64,000 nucleotides of DNA from Rhodobacterales bacterium. Its GTDB lineage: Bacteria > Pseudomonadota > Alphaproteobacteria > Rhodobacterales > Rhodobacteraceae. The position numbers and the translations under genes are program-made. This document shows positions 1 through 8,988 of the stretch, one piece after another. The notes beneath the pieces are model-generated. The model ran no database searches and was not told where the DNA came from. It saw nothing but the letters and a program-made list of their open reading frames with translations. The stretch covers positions 7,341 through 71,340 of the forward strand of contig JBBSVE010000001.1 in NCBI GenBank assembly GCA_038233815.1, read 5' to 3'. Position 1 is the stretch's first letter, and each line of letters starts with the position of its first letter.

Positions 1-104
1 AATCATGGCAAACTCCGGACGGGCGCATCTGGCTGTCATATGGTGGAAGCCGCGCGAAACTCTGCGTAGAATTATGGTGGTCTCTGGCGCTAATAAGCAA
101 CGGC

Positions 105-1082
105 ATGACGCTGACCGGAAAGGCGACACCAGTGCCCACCCCCGAACGCCCCGCCCAGGAGCGGCGCAAGCCCCTTCCGCCGCTCGACTATATCCTCGCC
201 TTCGAGGCCGCGGCCAACAACGGCAGCTTCGCGCGCGCGGCCCGGCAGATGAACCTGAGCGAGACCGCGATCAGCCGGAAGGTCCGCCTGCTGGAGCAGC
301 ATTTCGGCCTCGCCTTCTTTACCCGCGGGCATCGCTCCATCGACCTCACCCCTTACGGGCGCGAATTCCTCGCCCGCATCGCCCCCGCGATCGAGAAGTT
401 GCGCGATGCCGCCGACGATGCGCTGAAAATCGGACGCCAGCGCCCGGTGATTCTTGCGGCCACCAATTCGGTCGCCTCGCTCTGGCTTTCGCCCCGGCTG
501 CATGCGTTCCAGCAGGGCGAAGGCGCGCCGGGCATCATGCTCGTGGCGTCCGACGTCGATGCGGAATGTCTCGCCGATACGGTCGACCTCGCGATTCTGC
601 GGGGCGACGGAGCATGGAAGGATCACGACAGCCGGCTGTTGTTCGGGGAGACGGTGTTCCCGGTCTGCGCGCCTGATTTCCTCGCCCGCAATCCGGCGCT
701 GACGGACCTGTCCGCACTTGCATCGTCCGCGCTGATCGAGGTGGCGAGCGCGCATACCGAATGGATGAACTGGCATGTCTGGCTGGAGCGCGCCGGAACC
801 CGGCCCCACCGGCTGGAGCGGCCGCTTCTGGTCAACACCTATCCGCTCTCGATCCAGGCGGCGATCGATGGCGTGGGTGTGGCGCTGGGGTGGGGGCATC
901 TCGTCGACCCGCTGCTGGACAGCGGCAGGCTGGTGCGGCCCCTGGGCGCTATGCAGGTCCGCACCGACGCGGGCTACTATCTGCTGACCCCGCGCGCCCA
1001 TTCCGCCTTTGCTGCGCGCAGTGCGGTGGAGGACTGGCTGATCGGGATCAGTGCCAAACGCACGAAATATTCCGACGATTGA
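105..1082 (+). CDS. LysR-family transcriptional regulator
   Basis: N-terminal LysR wHTH signature (LDYILAFEAAANNGSFARAARQMNLSETAISRKVRLLEQHFG) followed by a LysR substrate-binding-type domain. ATG at 105. Lies directly upstream of, and co-directional with, the sox/mgd-like operon. Confidence 0.85.
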   Translation: MTLTGKATPVPTPERPAQERRKPLPPLDYILAFEAAANNGSFARAARQMNLSETAISRKVRLLEQHFGLAFFTRGHRSIDLTPYGREFLARIAPAIEKLRDAADDALKIGRQRPVILAATNSVASLWLSPRLHAFQQGEGAPGIMLVASDVDAECLADTVDLAILRGDGAWKDHDSRLLFGETVFPVCAPDFLARNPALTDLSALASSALIEVASAHTEWMNWHVWLERAGTRPHRLERPLLVNTYPLSIQAAIDGVGVALGWGHLVDPLLDSGRLVRPLGAMQVRTDAGYYLLTPRAHSAFAARSAVEDWLIGISAKRTKYSDD

Positions 1083-1089
1083 CGACCCT

Positions 1090-1122
1090 GTCGGATTTCG
1101 CATCGGATTTGTCCGATCCGAC
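1090..1122. promoter_or_regulatory. nested inverted repeat, candidate LysR-type operator upstream of soxB/mgdA
   Basis: Sequence is GTCGGAT-ttcgc-ATCGGA-tttg-TCCGAT-CCGAC. Perfect 6-bp arms ATCGGA/TCCGAT are nested inside 7-bp arms GTCGGAT/ATCCGAC, and TCGGATTT occurs twice as a direct repeat. It lies in the 96-bp gap between the LysR stop (1082) and the MHYSGF start (1179). Confidence 0.35.
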
Positions 1123-1178
1123 CCTATCGCCCGGCGCGCCGAAGGGGCATGTATCGTCCCGAACGCGCCGGAGATGAC

Positions 1179-2429
1179 ATGCACTATTCGGGTTTCAGGG
1201 TAATCAAGGAAGCGCTGACCGGTCACAAGGGCTGGAAGCCCGCGTGGCGCGATCCTGCACCCAAGGCACGCTACGACATCATCGTGGTGGGCGGCGGCGG
1301 GCACGGTCTGGCCACCGCCTATTACCTCGCGAAGATCCACAGCGAGGCGAGTGTCGCGGTGGTGGAGAAGGGCTGGATCGGCGGCGGCAACGTCGGCCGG
1401 AACACGACGATCGTCCGCTCGAACTACCTCCTCGACGGCAACGAGCCGTTCTACGAGCTGTCGATGAAGCTCTGGGAAGGGCTGGAACAGGATTTCAACT
1501 TCAACGCGATGGTGAGCCAGCGCGGTGTGCTGAACCTCTGCCATTCGGACGGGCAGCGCGACGCCTACCGCCGCCGCGGTAACGCGATGCGGATGAACGG
1601 GGTCGATGCGGAGCTTCTCGATACCGAAGGGGTGCGCAAACTCGCGCCGTTCCTCAATTTCGACAGCGCGCGGTTCCCGATCAAGGGCGGTCTCTTGCAG
1701 CCGCGCGGTGGGACCGTGCGGCACGACGCCGTGGCTTGGGGCTACGCACGCGGGGCGGATCGGCGCGGCGTCGATATCCTTCAGAACTGCGAGGTAATGG
1801 GCTTTCGGATCGAGGGCGGCAAGTGCCTCGGGATCGAGACCACGCGCGGCTTCATCGGCGCGGGCAAGGTCGGCGTCGCGGTCGCGGGTAATTCGGGGCA
1901 GGTGATGGCCAAGGCGGGCATCCGTCTGCCGATCGAGAGCCATGTGTTGCAGGCGTTCGTCTCCGAAGGGCTGAAGCCGCTGATCCCCAACGTCATCACC
2001 TACGGTGCGGGGCATTTCTACGTCAGCCAGTCCGACAAGGGCGGTCTGGTGTTCGGCGGCGATATCGACAGCTACAATTCCTACGCCCAGCGCGGCAACC
2101 TGCCGATGGTGGAGGATGTCTGCGAAGGCGGGATGAGCCTGATGCCGATGATCGGTCGCGCGCGGCTTTTGCGGATGTGGGGCGGGATCATGGACATGTC
2201 GATGGACGGCTCGCCGATCATCGACCGGACCGGGGTGGACGGGCTCTTCTTCAACGGCGGCTGGTGCTATGGCGGGTTCAAGGCGACGCCGGCCTCGGGC
2301 TGGTGCTTTGCGCACCTTCTGGCCACGGGCAAACCGCACGAGACGGCCACCGCCTACCGTTTCGACCGGTTCCGCACGGGGCTCATGATCGACGAAAAAG
2401 GCATGGGCGCGCAGCCCAACCTTCATTGA
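1179..2429 (+). CDS. soxB: heterotetrameric sarcosine oxidase beta-subunit family protein (context: N-methylglutamate dehydrogenase subunit MgdA)
   Basis: MHYSGFRVIKEALTGHKGWKPAWRDPAPKARYDIIVVGGGGHGLATAYYL is the family-typical N-terminus with a GGGGHG dinucleotide fold. GGAG lies upstream of ATG 1179. The track ORF starts 10 codons earlier, at 1149. Confidence 0.9.
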   Translation: MHYSGFRVIKEALTGHKGWKPAWRDPAPKARYDIIVVGGGGHGLATAYYLAKIHSEASVAVVEKGWIGGGNVGRNTTIVRSNYLLDGNEPFYELSMKLWEGLEQDFNFNAMVSQRGVLNLCHSDGQRDAYRRRGNAMRMNGVDAELLDTEGVRKLAPFLNFDSARFPIKGGLLQPRGGTVRHDAVAWGYARGADRRGVDILQNCEVMGFRIEGGKCLGIETTRGFIGAGKVGVAVAGNSGQVMAKAGIRLPIESHVLQAFVSEGLKPLIPNVITYGAGHFYVSQSDKGGLVFGGDIDSYNSYAQRGNLPMVEDVCEGGMSLMPMIGRARLLRMWGGIMDMSMDGSPIIDRTGVDGLFFNGGWCYGGFKATPASGWCFAHLLATGKPHETATAYRFDRFRTGLMIDEKGMGAQPNLH

Positions 2430-2450
2430 CCAACCTTTAGGACAGTCCCG

Positions 2451-2738
2451 ATGATCATTCCCCACCCGCTTCTGGGTCCGCGCGACGCGCAGGAATTCAC
2501 TTACATGGGCGACGAGAGCCTGATCGACCGGCCCGACTGGCAGGCCCCGGATGCGAACGAGTTGTTCCATGACTATCTCTACCTGCGCGACAATCCGGCG
2601 GGTCTGCACCGCGAGCTCTGGTATCACGAGCAGGGCGACCGGAGCTGGCTCGTCGTCACCCGCAACACGGTCACGCATGAGGTGATCTCCGCCGAACTCG
2701 CCCGCGATGTGGCGCGCGCAAAGGGACGCAGCCGATGA
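2451..2738 (+). CDS. soxD: sarcosine oxidase delta-subunit family protein (MgdB-like), cysteine-free
   Basis: 95 aa in the canonical position between the beta and alpha subunits. Delta-family motifs are present (FTYMGDESLIDRP, YLRDNPAG.HRE.W.H..G). Its stop overlaps the next start (ATGA at 2735-2738). Confidence 0.85.
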   Translation: MIIPHPLLGPRDAQEFTYMGDESLIDRPDWQAPDANELFHDYLYLRDNPAGLHRELWYHEQGDRSWLVVTRNTVTHEVISAELARDVARAKGRSR

Positions 2739-5689
2739 GCCCGAGCAACCGGATCGAAGGCGGCCTGATCGACCGCGCGCGCAGCGTCAGTTTCCGCTTC
2801 GACGGCCGGAGCTACACGGGCTTCGGGGGCGATACGCTGGCCTCCGCGCTGCTCGCCAACGGGGTCCGCCTGATGGGCCGGTCGTTCAAGTATCACCGTC
2901 CACGCGGCCCCCTCACCGCAGGGTCGGAAGAGCCGAACGCGCTGGTGGAGCTGCGCACCGGCGCGCGTCAGGAGCCGAACACCCGTGCCACCGTCGCGGA
3001 GCTGTTCGACGGTCTGGACGCGCGGAGCCAGAACCATGTGGGACCGCTGTCTTTCGACATGCTGGCGGTGAACGATCTGCTGTCGCCGTTCTTTGCCGCG
3101 GGGTTCTATTACAAGACCTTCATGTGGCCGAAAGCCTTCTGGGAAAAGCTCTACGAGCCGATGATCCGCCATGCCGCGGGCCTCGGCCGCCTGACGGGCG
3201 AGGATGATCCCGACCTCTACGACAAGGGCTTCCTGCACTGCGATCTGCTCATCATCGGGGCCGGGCCTACGGGTCTTGCCGCCGCTTTGACGGCGGGTCG
3301 GGCGGGTGCCGACGTGATCCTCGCCGACGAGGATTTCCTGCTCGGCGGACGGCTCAACGCGGAGACGCACGGGCTGGGCGCCATGTCCGGCGCCGACTGG
3401 GCGAGGGCGACGCTGGCGGAACTGGCAAGCCTGCCCAACGTCCGCGTGATGGCGCGCACCACGGTCATCGGGGCGATGGACCACGGCATCTTCGGCGCGC
3501 TGGAGCGCAACGCCGACCACCTCGCCACACCCGGTCCGGGCAAGCCCCGCCAGACGCTGTGGCGGATCTACACAAAGCGCAGCCTGCTCTGCGCCGGGGC
3601 GATCGAGCGGCCCATCGCGTTCCGGAACAACGACCGTCCGGGCATCATGCTCGGCTCCGCGATCCGCAGCTATGCCAACCGCTGGGCCGCCCTTCCGGGG
3701 CGCGAGGTGGCGATCTTCACCAACAACGACGACGGCCATCGGACGGCCGACGACCTTGTCGCCAAGGGCGTCCATATCGCGGCGGTGATCGACAGCCGCG
3801 CCGATGCGCCGGATTCCAAGCGTTACGAGGTGCTGAAAGGTGCCGTCGTCACGGATACGGCGGGGCGACTGGGCCTCAGCTCTGTTTCGGTGCGGATGGC
3901 GGGGGGGGAGACGCGGCACATTCCCTGCCTTGCCCTTGGTGTCTCCGGCGGGTGGAACCCGAACGTCCATCTCACCTGCCACCAGCGCGGGCGTCCGGTC
4001 TGGGACGCCGATCTTGCGGCCTTTGTTCCGGGCGGCACGCTTCCGCCGGGGATGTTGGTGGCGGGGGCATCAAAGGGCATCCTCTCCACCGCCGGCGCGC
4101 TGTCGTCTGGTGTTGAGGCCGCCATTCAGGTGCTCGACGGCCTTGGCATCGCCGCCAGATCCGTGGACCTGCCGGAGGCGGAGGATGCGCCGGTGCGGAT
4201 CACGCCGCTGTTCCACGTCCCGGGCAAGGGCCGTGCGTGGGTCGACCAGCAAAACGACGTGACGGTGAAGGATATCAAGCTCTCCCATCAGGAAGGCTAC
4301 ATCTCCGTCGAGCATCTCAAACGCTACACGACGCTCGGGATGGCCACCGATCAGGGCAAGACGGCGAATGTCACCGGCCTCGCCGTGATGGCGGAGATGA
4401 CCGGCAAATCCATCCCCGAGACCGGCACAACGATCTACCGCCCGCCTTATACGCCGGTGCCGATCGCCGCCTTCGCAGGCCGGTCGGCGGGCAAGGATTT
4501 CCGCCCCGTCCGCCTGCCGCCGAGCCACCATTTTGCCACCGAACGCGGCGCCGTCTTCGTCGAGGCCGGAATGTGGCTGCGCGCGCAGTGGTTCACGCGC
4601 GACGGCGAGACGACCTGGCGTCAGTCCGTCGACCGCGAGGTTCTGGCCACGCGCAAGTCCGTCGGCATCTGCGACGTGACGACGCTCGGCAAGATCGACG
4701 TGCAGGGCGTGGATGCTGCTGATTTCCTCAACCGCGTCTATGCCAACCCGTTCGCCAAGCTGGCCGTCGGCAAGATCCGCTACGGAATCATGCTGCGCGA
4801 GGACGGCATCGTCATGGATGACGGCACCACCGCGCGGCTGGCGGAGGATCATTTCGTCCTGACGACGACCACCGCCAATGCCGTGGGCGTCTATCGCCAC
4901 ATGGAGTTCTGTCGCCAGTGCCTCTGGCCCGATCTTGACGTGCAGATCATTTCCACCACCGAGGCGTGGGCGCAGTATTCGGTAGCGGGGCCGAACGCGC
5001 GCAGGCTGTTGCAAAAGATCGTCGACCCCGCCTGCGACATCTCCAACGAGGCGTTTCCGTACATGGGATGCGGCGAGATCACCGTCTGCGGCGGGCTTCG
5101 CGCAAGGCTCTTCCGGATCTCCTTCTCCGGCGAGCTGGCGTTCGAGATCGCAGTGCCGACGCGCTACGGCGACGCGCTCGTGCGGCGCATGATGGAGGCT
5201 GGGGCACAGTTCGACGCGGTGATCTACGGCACCGAGGCGCTCGGCGTGATGCGGATCGAGAAAGGCCATGCGGCGGGCAACGAGCTGAACGGCACGACGA
5301 GCGCCGTGAACCTCGGGATGGGCGGCATGGTTTCGAAGAAGAAGGACTCCATCGGCTCCACCCTGTCGGAGCGCGAGGGGATGAACCGCAAGGACGAGTT
5401 CGGCCTTGTGGGCTTCCGCCCGGTCGATCCCGCGGACAGGTTCGAATCCGGCTCCCATCTGATCGTGCGGGAAGAGGAGGCGACGATCGCCAACGATCAG
5501 GGCTATCTCACCTCCGTCGCCTTCTCTCCGAACCTCGGCTACATGATCGGCCTCGGATTCCTGAAGAATGGCGCGGCCCGCAAGGGCGAGGTCCTGCGTG
5601 CCGTGAACCCGGTGCAGAATGCCGAGACGCTGGTCGAGGTGGTCAGCGCCCATTTCATCGATCCCGAGGGGGAGCGTCTTCGTGCATGA
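2735..5689 (+). CDS. soxA: sarcosine oxidase alpha-subunit family protein (MgdC-like)
   Basis: 984 aa. N-terminal SFRFDGRSYTGFGGDTLASALLANGVRLMGRSFKYHRPRG, a GAGPTGLAAAL dinucleotide fold, and a C-terminal GcvT-like folate-binding region. Confidence 0.92.
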   Translation: MSPSNRIEGGLIDRARSVSFRFDGRSYTGFGGDTLASALLANGVRLMGRSFKYHRPRGPLTAGSEEPNALVELRTGARQEPNTRATVAELFDGLDARSQNHVGPLSFDMLAVNDLLSPFFAAGFYYKTFMWPKAFWEKLYEPMIRHAAGLGRLTGEDDPDLYDKGFLHCDLLIIGAGPTGLAAALTAGRAGADVILADEDFLLGGRLNAETHGLGAMSGADWARATLAELASLPNVRVMARTTVIGAMDHGIFGALERNADHLATPGPGKPRQTLWRIYTKRSLLCAGAIERPIAFRNNDRPGIMLGSAIRSYANRWAALPGREVAIFTNNDDGHRTADDLVAKGVHIAAVIDSRADAPDSKRYEVLKGAVVTDTAGRLGLSSVSVRMAGGETRHIPCLALGVSGGWNPNVHLTCHQRGRPVWDADLAAFVPGGTLPPGMLVAGASKGILSTAGALSSGVEAAIQVLDGLGIAARSVDLPEAEDAPVRITPLFHVPGKGRAWVDQQNDVTVKDIKLSHQEGYISVEHLKRYTTLGMATDQGKTANVTGLAVMAEMTGKSIPETGTTIYRPPYTPVPIAAFAGRSAGKDFRPVRLPPSHHFATERGAVFVEAGMWLRAQWFTRDGETTWRQSVDREVLATRKSVGICDVTTLGKIDVQGVDAADFLNRVYANPFAKLAVGKIRYGIMLREDGIVMDDGTTARLAEDHFVLTTTTANAVGVYRHMEFCRQCLWPDLDVQIISTTEAWAQYSVAGPNARRLLQKIVDPACDISNEAFPYMGCGEITVCGGLRARLFRISFSGELAFEIAVPTRYGDALVRRMMEAGAQFDAVIYGTEALGVMRIEKGHAAGNELNGTTSAVNLGMGGMVSKKKDSIGSTLSEREGMNRKDEFGLVGFRPVDPADRFESGSHLIVREEEATIANDQGYLTSVAFSPNLGYMIGLGFLKNGAARKGEVLRAVNPVQNAETLVEVVSAHFIDPEGERLRA

Positions 5690-6248
5690 CCTGAAAAGCC
5701 TGACCCCGCTTGGCGCCGCGGCGCCGAGGGTCGACCGGATCGGCGCGGTGTCCATCGCCGAGGTGACGGACATGGCGCTGGCGTCGCTTTCCGCCCGGAG
5801 CGGGAAGGTGGAGGCGTTGGGGACGGCCATGACGGCCCTGACCGGTGCCAAGCTTCCCGAGCCGGGGACATGGGTGGACGGCGCGCCTTGGTCGGTGATC
5901 TGGACCGGACCGGAGCAGTGGTTCGTCGAGGCGCCCTTCGCCAGCCATGAGGACATCTCCCGCGCGCTGAAGGACGCGGTGGGGGAGGCGGCCTCCGTCA
6001 CCGAACAGACCGACGGCTGGGTCCGGTTCGATCTGGAAGGCGCAGGAACCGTTGACATGCTGGAGCGGCTCTGCGCCGCCCCGTCCCGGCGGATGGAGGC
6101 GGGAATGGCCACCCGCACCGTGATCGAGCATATGGGGTGTCTCGTCATCTGCCGTGCTGCGGCCGAGCGGTTCAGCATCCTCGCCCCCCGGTCCTACGCG
6201 CGGTCGCTGCATTATGGGCTGACCGGCGCCGCGCGCTCTATCGCCTGA
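5682..6248 (+). CDS. soxG: sarcosine oxidase gamma-subunit family protein (MgdD-like)
   Basis: Fourth gene of the conserved B-D-A-G order. GTG at 5682 overlaps the soxA stop (GTGCATGA). The track ORF's upstream extension from 5619 lies inside soxA. Confidence 0.8.
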   Translation: MHDLKSLTPLGAAAPRVDRIGAVSIAEVTDMALASLSARSGKVEALGTAMTALTGAKLPEPGTWVDGAPWSVIWTGPEQWFVEAPFASHEDISRALKDAVGEAASVTEQTDGWVRFDLEGAGTVDMLERLCAAPSRRMEAGMATRTVIEHMGCLVICRAAAERFSILAPRSYARSLHYGLTGAARSIA

Positions 6249-6253
6249 ACGGC

Positions 6254-7276
6254 TCAGACCGACGGCAGGGGTCGGTTGTCCTCCACCCGGAAGCGGTTGA
6301 TGGTCCGGCGATCCTCCGCCGGGGTCACGCCGAACTCCGCGCGGTAATGGCGCACCAGCGGGGGCACCGTCTCATACCCCACGCCGGCCGCGATCCGCAC
6401 CATCGGATCGCGGGTATAGAGGACGAGCTGTCTTGCCGCCTTCATCCGCAGCGTCCGGTAGTAGCGCGACGGACTTTTGCCGGTGGCTTTCTTGAACAAC
6501 CGTTCCAGCTGGCGCGGTGAGATGCCGACATGAGCTGCCACATCCTCCATCGGAACGGGATCGGCAAGGCGGTCGCCCAGAAGGTCGATGGCCTTGGCGA
6601 CGGGCGGGACAAGCGTGTCGGCGGTGTCGGGACGGTGGAAGGTCGGCGTCTTCTGCCGCACGCCGCGCCCGCGCACGACCGGGTGCTGGAACCAGCAGGC
6701 CACCTCCGTCGCGATGTCAGGACCAAGGCGCCTCTCGATGAAGTCGAGCATCAGGTCGAACGCCGCGTCGGCCCCGGATACGGTGTAGAACGGATGGTCG
6801 AAGAGGATCACGTCCGAGGATACGCGCAAATCGGGGAAAGCCTGCGTGAAGGCGGTCTCGTAGCACCAGTGGACGGAGACGAGGCGACCGTCCAGCAGGC
6901 CCGACCGCGCCAGGGGGAAGACGCCGCCGCTGACGCCGCCCAATGCCGTGCCGTGACGTGACAGGCGGCGCAGATGGCCCTCCGACGGTTTCCGGTCAGT
7001 GAACGTCGCGGCCGGGCTGCTCAGCAGGAACAGGTAGTCGATCCCCTCCGCCATTGAGAGCGGCAGGTCCGGGTCGAACGTCACGGCGGCGCTGGAGGTT
7101 ACGCGCGCGCCGGTTTCGGAGACGATGGTCCATCCGAAAGCCTTGCGGTTCGCGATCTCGTTCGCGGCGCGCAAAGGCTCGATCATCGAGGTCAGGCAGG
7201 CCATCGGAAAGCCGGGGAAGATCAGGAAGCCGACTTCCGTGATGCGGTTGACTTGCAGTTCACTCTCAGGAAACAT
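6254..7276 (-). CDS. GlxA-family (DJ-1/PfpI-like N-domain + AraC HTH) transcriptional regulator
   Basis: N-terminal FLIFPGFPMACLTSMIEPLRAANE (GATase1-like fold) and a C-terminal AraC-type HTH (ISPRQLERLFKKATGKSPSRYYRTLRMKAARQLV). Same architecture as the GbdR/CdhR/SouR class. Start is ambiguous between 7276 (MFPESE) and 7294. Confidence 0.85.
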   Translation of the reverse strand: MFPESELQVNRITEVGFLIFPGFPMACLTSMIEPLRAANEIANRKAFGWTIVSETGARVTSSAAVTFDPDLPLSMAEGIDYLFLLSSPAATFTDRKPSEGHLRRLSRHGTALGGVSGGVFPLARSGLLDGRLVSVHWCYETAFTQAFPDLRVSSDVILFDHPFYTVSGADAAFDLMLDFIERRLGPDIATEVACWFQHPVVRGRGVRQKTPTFHRPDTADTLVPPVAKAIDLLGDRLADPVPMEDVAAHVGISPRQLERLFKKATGKSPSRYYRTLRMKAARQLVLYTRDPMVRIAAGVGYETVPPLVRHYRAEFGVTPAEDRRTINRFRVEDNRPLPSV

Positions 7277-7304
7277 GCGACGATGCGGACCCATGGAGGT
7301 TTCG

Positions 7305-7934
7305 ATGACAACGCCCGTTCTCGCACAGAACCCCCACAAGGTCACGGAGGAGCGTGAGAACGTCCTCGAAGTCGCCATCGGTCGTGAGGTGCGCGCCTTT
7401 CGCCATCAAAGCGCGCTGACCATTGCGGATCTCTCCGCGCGCACGGGTCTGTCGATTGGGATGCTGTCGAAGATCGAGAATGGCAACACCTCGCCGTCGC
7501 TCTCCACCCTGCAGGCGCTGGCCCATGCAATGAGCGTGCCGCTCACCTCCTTCTTCCGGCGGTTCGAGGATGTGCATGTCGCGATCCACACCAAATCCGG
7601 CGAAGGTGCGGAGACGACGCGTCGCGGCACGCGTGCGGGGCACCAGTATAACCTTCTGGGCCATATCGGCGCCAACACGAGCGGTGTGGTGGTGGAGCCC
7701 TACCTCATCACGCTCACATCGGATTCGGATGTGTTCCCGACCTTCCAGCACGACGGGATCGAGATGCTCTACATGCTGGAGGGCGAGGTCGACTATCGCC
7801 ACGGGCACTACGTCTACCGGCTGGAACCGGGCGATACGCTCTTTTTCGACGCCGACGCGCCGCACGGGCCGGAAACCCTGACAAAGCTTCCGGCGCGCTA
7901 TCTTTCGGTCATCTCCTATGTCCAGACCCGGTAG
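7305..7934 (+). CDS. XRE-family HTH + cupin domain transcriptional regulator (PuuR-like architecture)
   Basis: HTH_3 motif (IGREVRAFRHQSALTIADLSARTGLSIGMLSKIENGNTSPSLSTLQALA) plus a C-terminal cupin (GEVDYRHG...GDTLFFDADAPHG). GGAGG lies 6 nt before ATG 7305. Confidence 0.85.
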   Translation: MTTPVLAQNPHKVTEERENVLEVAIGREVRAFRHQSALTIADLSARTGLSIGMLSKIENGNTSPSLSTLQALAHAMSVPLTSFFRRFEDVHVAIHTKSGEGAETTRRGTRAGHQYNLLGHIGANTSGVVVEPYLITLTSDSDVFPTFQHDGIEMLYMLEGEVDYRHGHYVYRLEPGDTLFFDADAPHGPETLTKLPARYLSVISYVQTR

Positions 7935-7937
7935 GGA

Positions 7938-8978
7938 TCAGTCCGCGAAGATGCCTGGGGTCGTGGGCGCGCCGTCGTCGTATCGCGACAGGTAATCGAC
8001 GATCATCGTTCGGTTCCGCGCAAAGCCCTTGTAGGTGGCAAGCTCGTCGGGCAGGTCGCGCAGGACGCGGTGCAGGCGGCGGCCCCATTTCGGCACCGTC
8101 ACCAGATCGTCGAGCCGGATCAGGTAACAGCGGATCGGGAACACCATCGCGTTGGACCGCGGCAGGCGGAAGAAGGTCTGCAACTCGACCCGCAGATACT
8201 GCTTCTGGCCTACGTTGTCGGGCGTCACGCTGGCCTTCTGCACGCCCCATACGTGATAATTCTCGGGGCTGGTGTCCAGAAGCGGATTGACCGTCATCGT
8301 CCAGTTCAGCCGCCGCACGGGCGCACCTTGCTGGATGTTGAGAAGAAACTTCAAGGCGCGCTTGAAGATCCCCATTTCGTGCGCCAGCGGCACCGGCGCG
8401 TGCCATTCGAAGAAGTTCATCCCGATGTCGAAATCGAGCGACCAGTCCGCCTGCGTCGTGACCGTGCCCGCATCCATCCAGAGGTTGTCGTCGCGCTGGT
8501 CCAGCAACGCGAAATCGCCCTGCGTCTGGCGTGTAATATATTCCATCGGACCGCAGGGCAGGGTGGCCTCGTCGAGGAAGGTGAAGCGTTGCTCGATGCC
8601 CAGCGGGCGGTTGATCCAGTGCCAGCGGTCGCCGTCGCGGTGAAGCTCGAAAAGATCGGGATAATCCTGCGCCTTCGCGACCATGATGAGTTCCAGCAGG
8701 TCCCAGCCCGCCAGCGTCATGTGCGGCAGCGTTTGGCAACGCAGCGGATCGGCGGCGAGAACGCGGGCGCGGTCCTTCATCTCCGACACGTAGTGCTCGT
8801 CCACGTCGAACGCATGCTCGAAGATCGAGCCTTCCCGGCGCGGGACATGCGCCTCCATGTTGACGGAATACATGTAGCCGTCCTCGTGGAACGGGAACGG
8901 ATAGCGTTGGATCGCCCAGTCGGAGTTGCGGAAGGTGAAGGTGTCGTGAAACGTCTCGTCGCGGAACTGGATCGTCAT
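7938..8978 (-). CDS. dmmC: DUF3445 / heme-dependent oxidative N-demethylase alpha-like subunit (dimethylamine monooxygenase DmmC)
   Basis: 346 aa. Last gene of a D-A-B-C operon whose subunit sizes (about 22, 35 and 40 kDa) and order match the described dmmDABC. Sequence recognised as DUF3445-type (MTIQFRDETFHDTFTFRNSDWAIQRYPFPFHEDGYMY). Confidence 0.75.
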   Translation of the reverse strand: MTIQFRDETFHDTFTFRNSDWAIQRYPFPFHEDGYMYSVNMEAHVPRREGSIFEHAFDVDEHYVSEMKDRARVLAADPLRCQTLPHMTLAGWDLLELIMVAKAQDYPDLFELHRDGDRWHWINRPLGIEQRFTFLDEATLPCGPMEYITRQTQGDFALLDQRDDNLWMDAGTVTTQADWSLDFDIGMNFFEWHAPVPLAHEMGIFKRALKFLLNIQQGAPVRRLNWTMTVNPLLDTSPENYHVWGVQKASVTPDNVGQKQYLRVELQTFFRLPRSNAMVFPIRCYLIRLDDLVTVPKWGRRLHRVLRDLPDELATYKGFARNRTMIVDYLSRYDDGAPTTPGIFAD

Positions 8979-8988
8979 TCTGTCGCTC

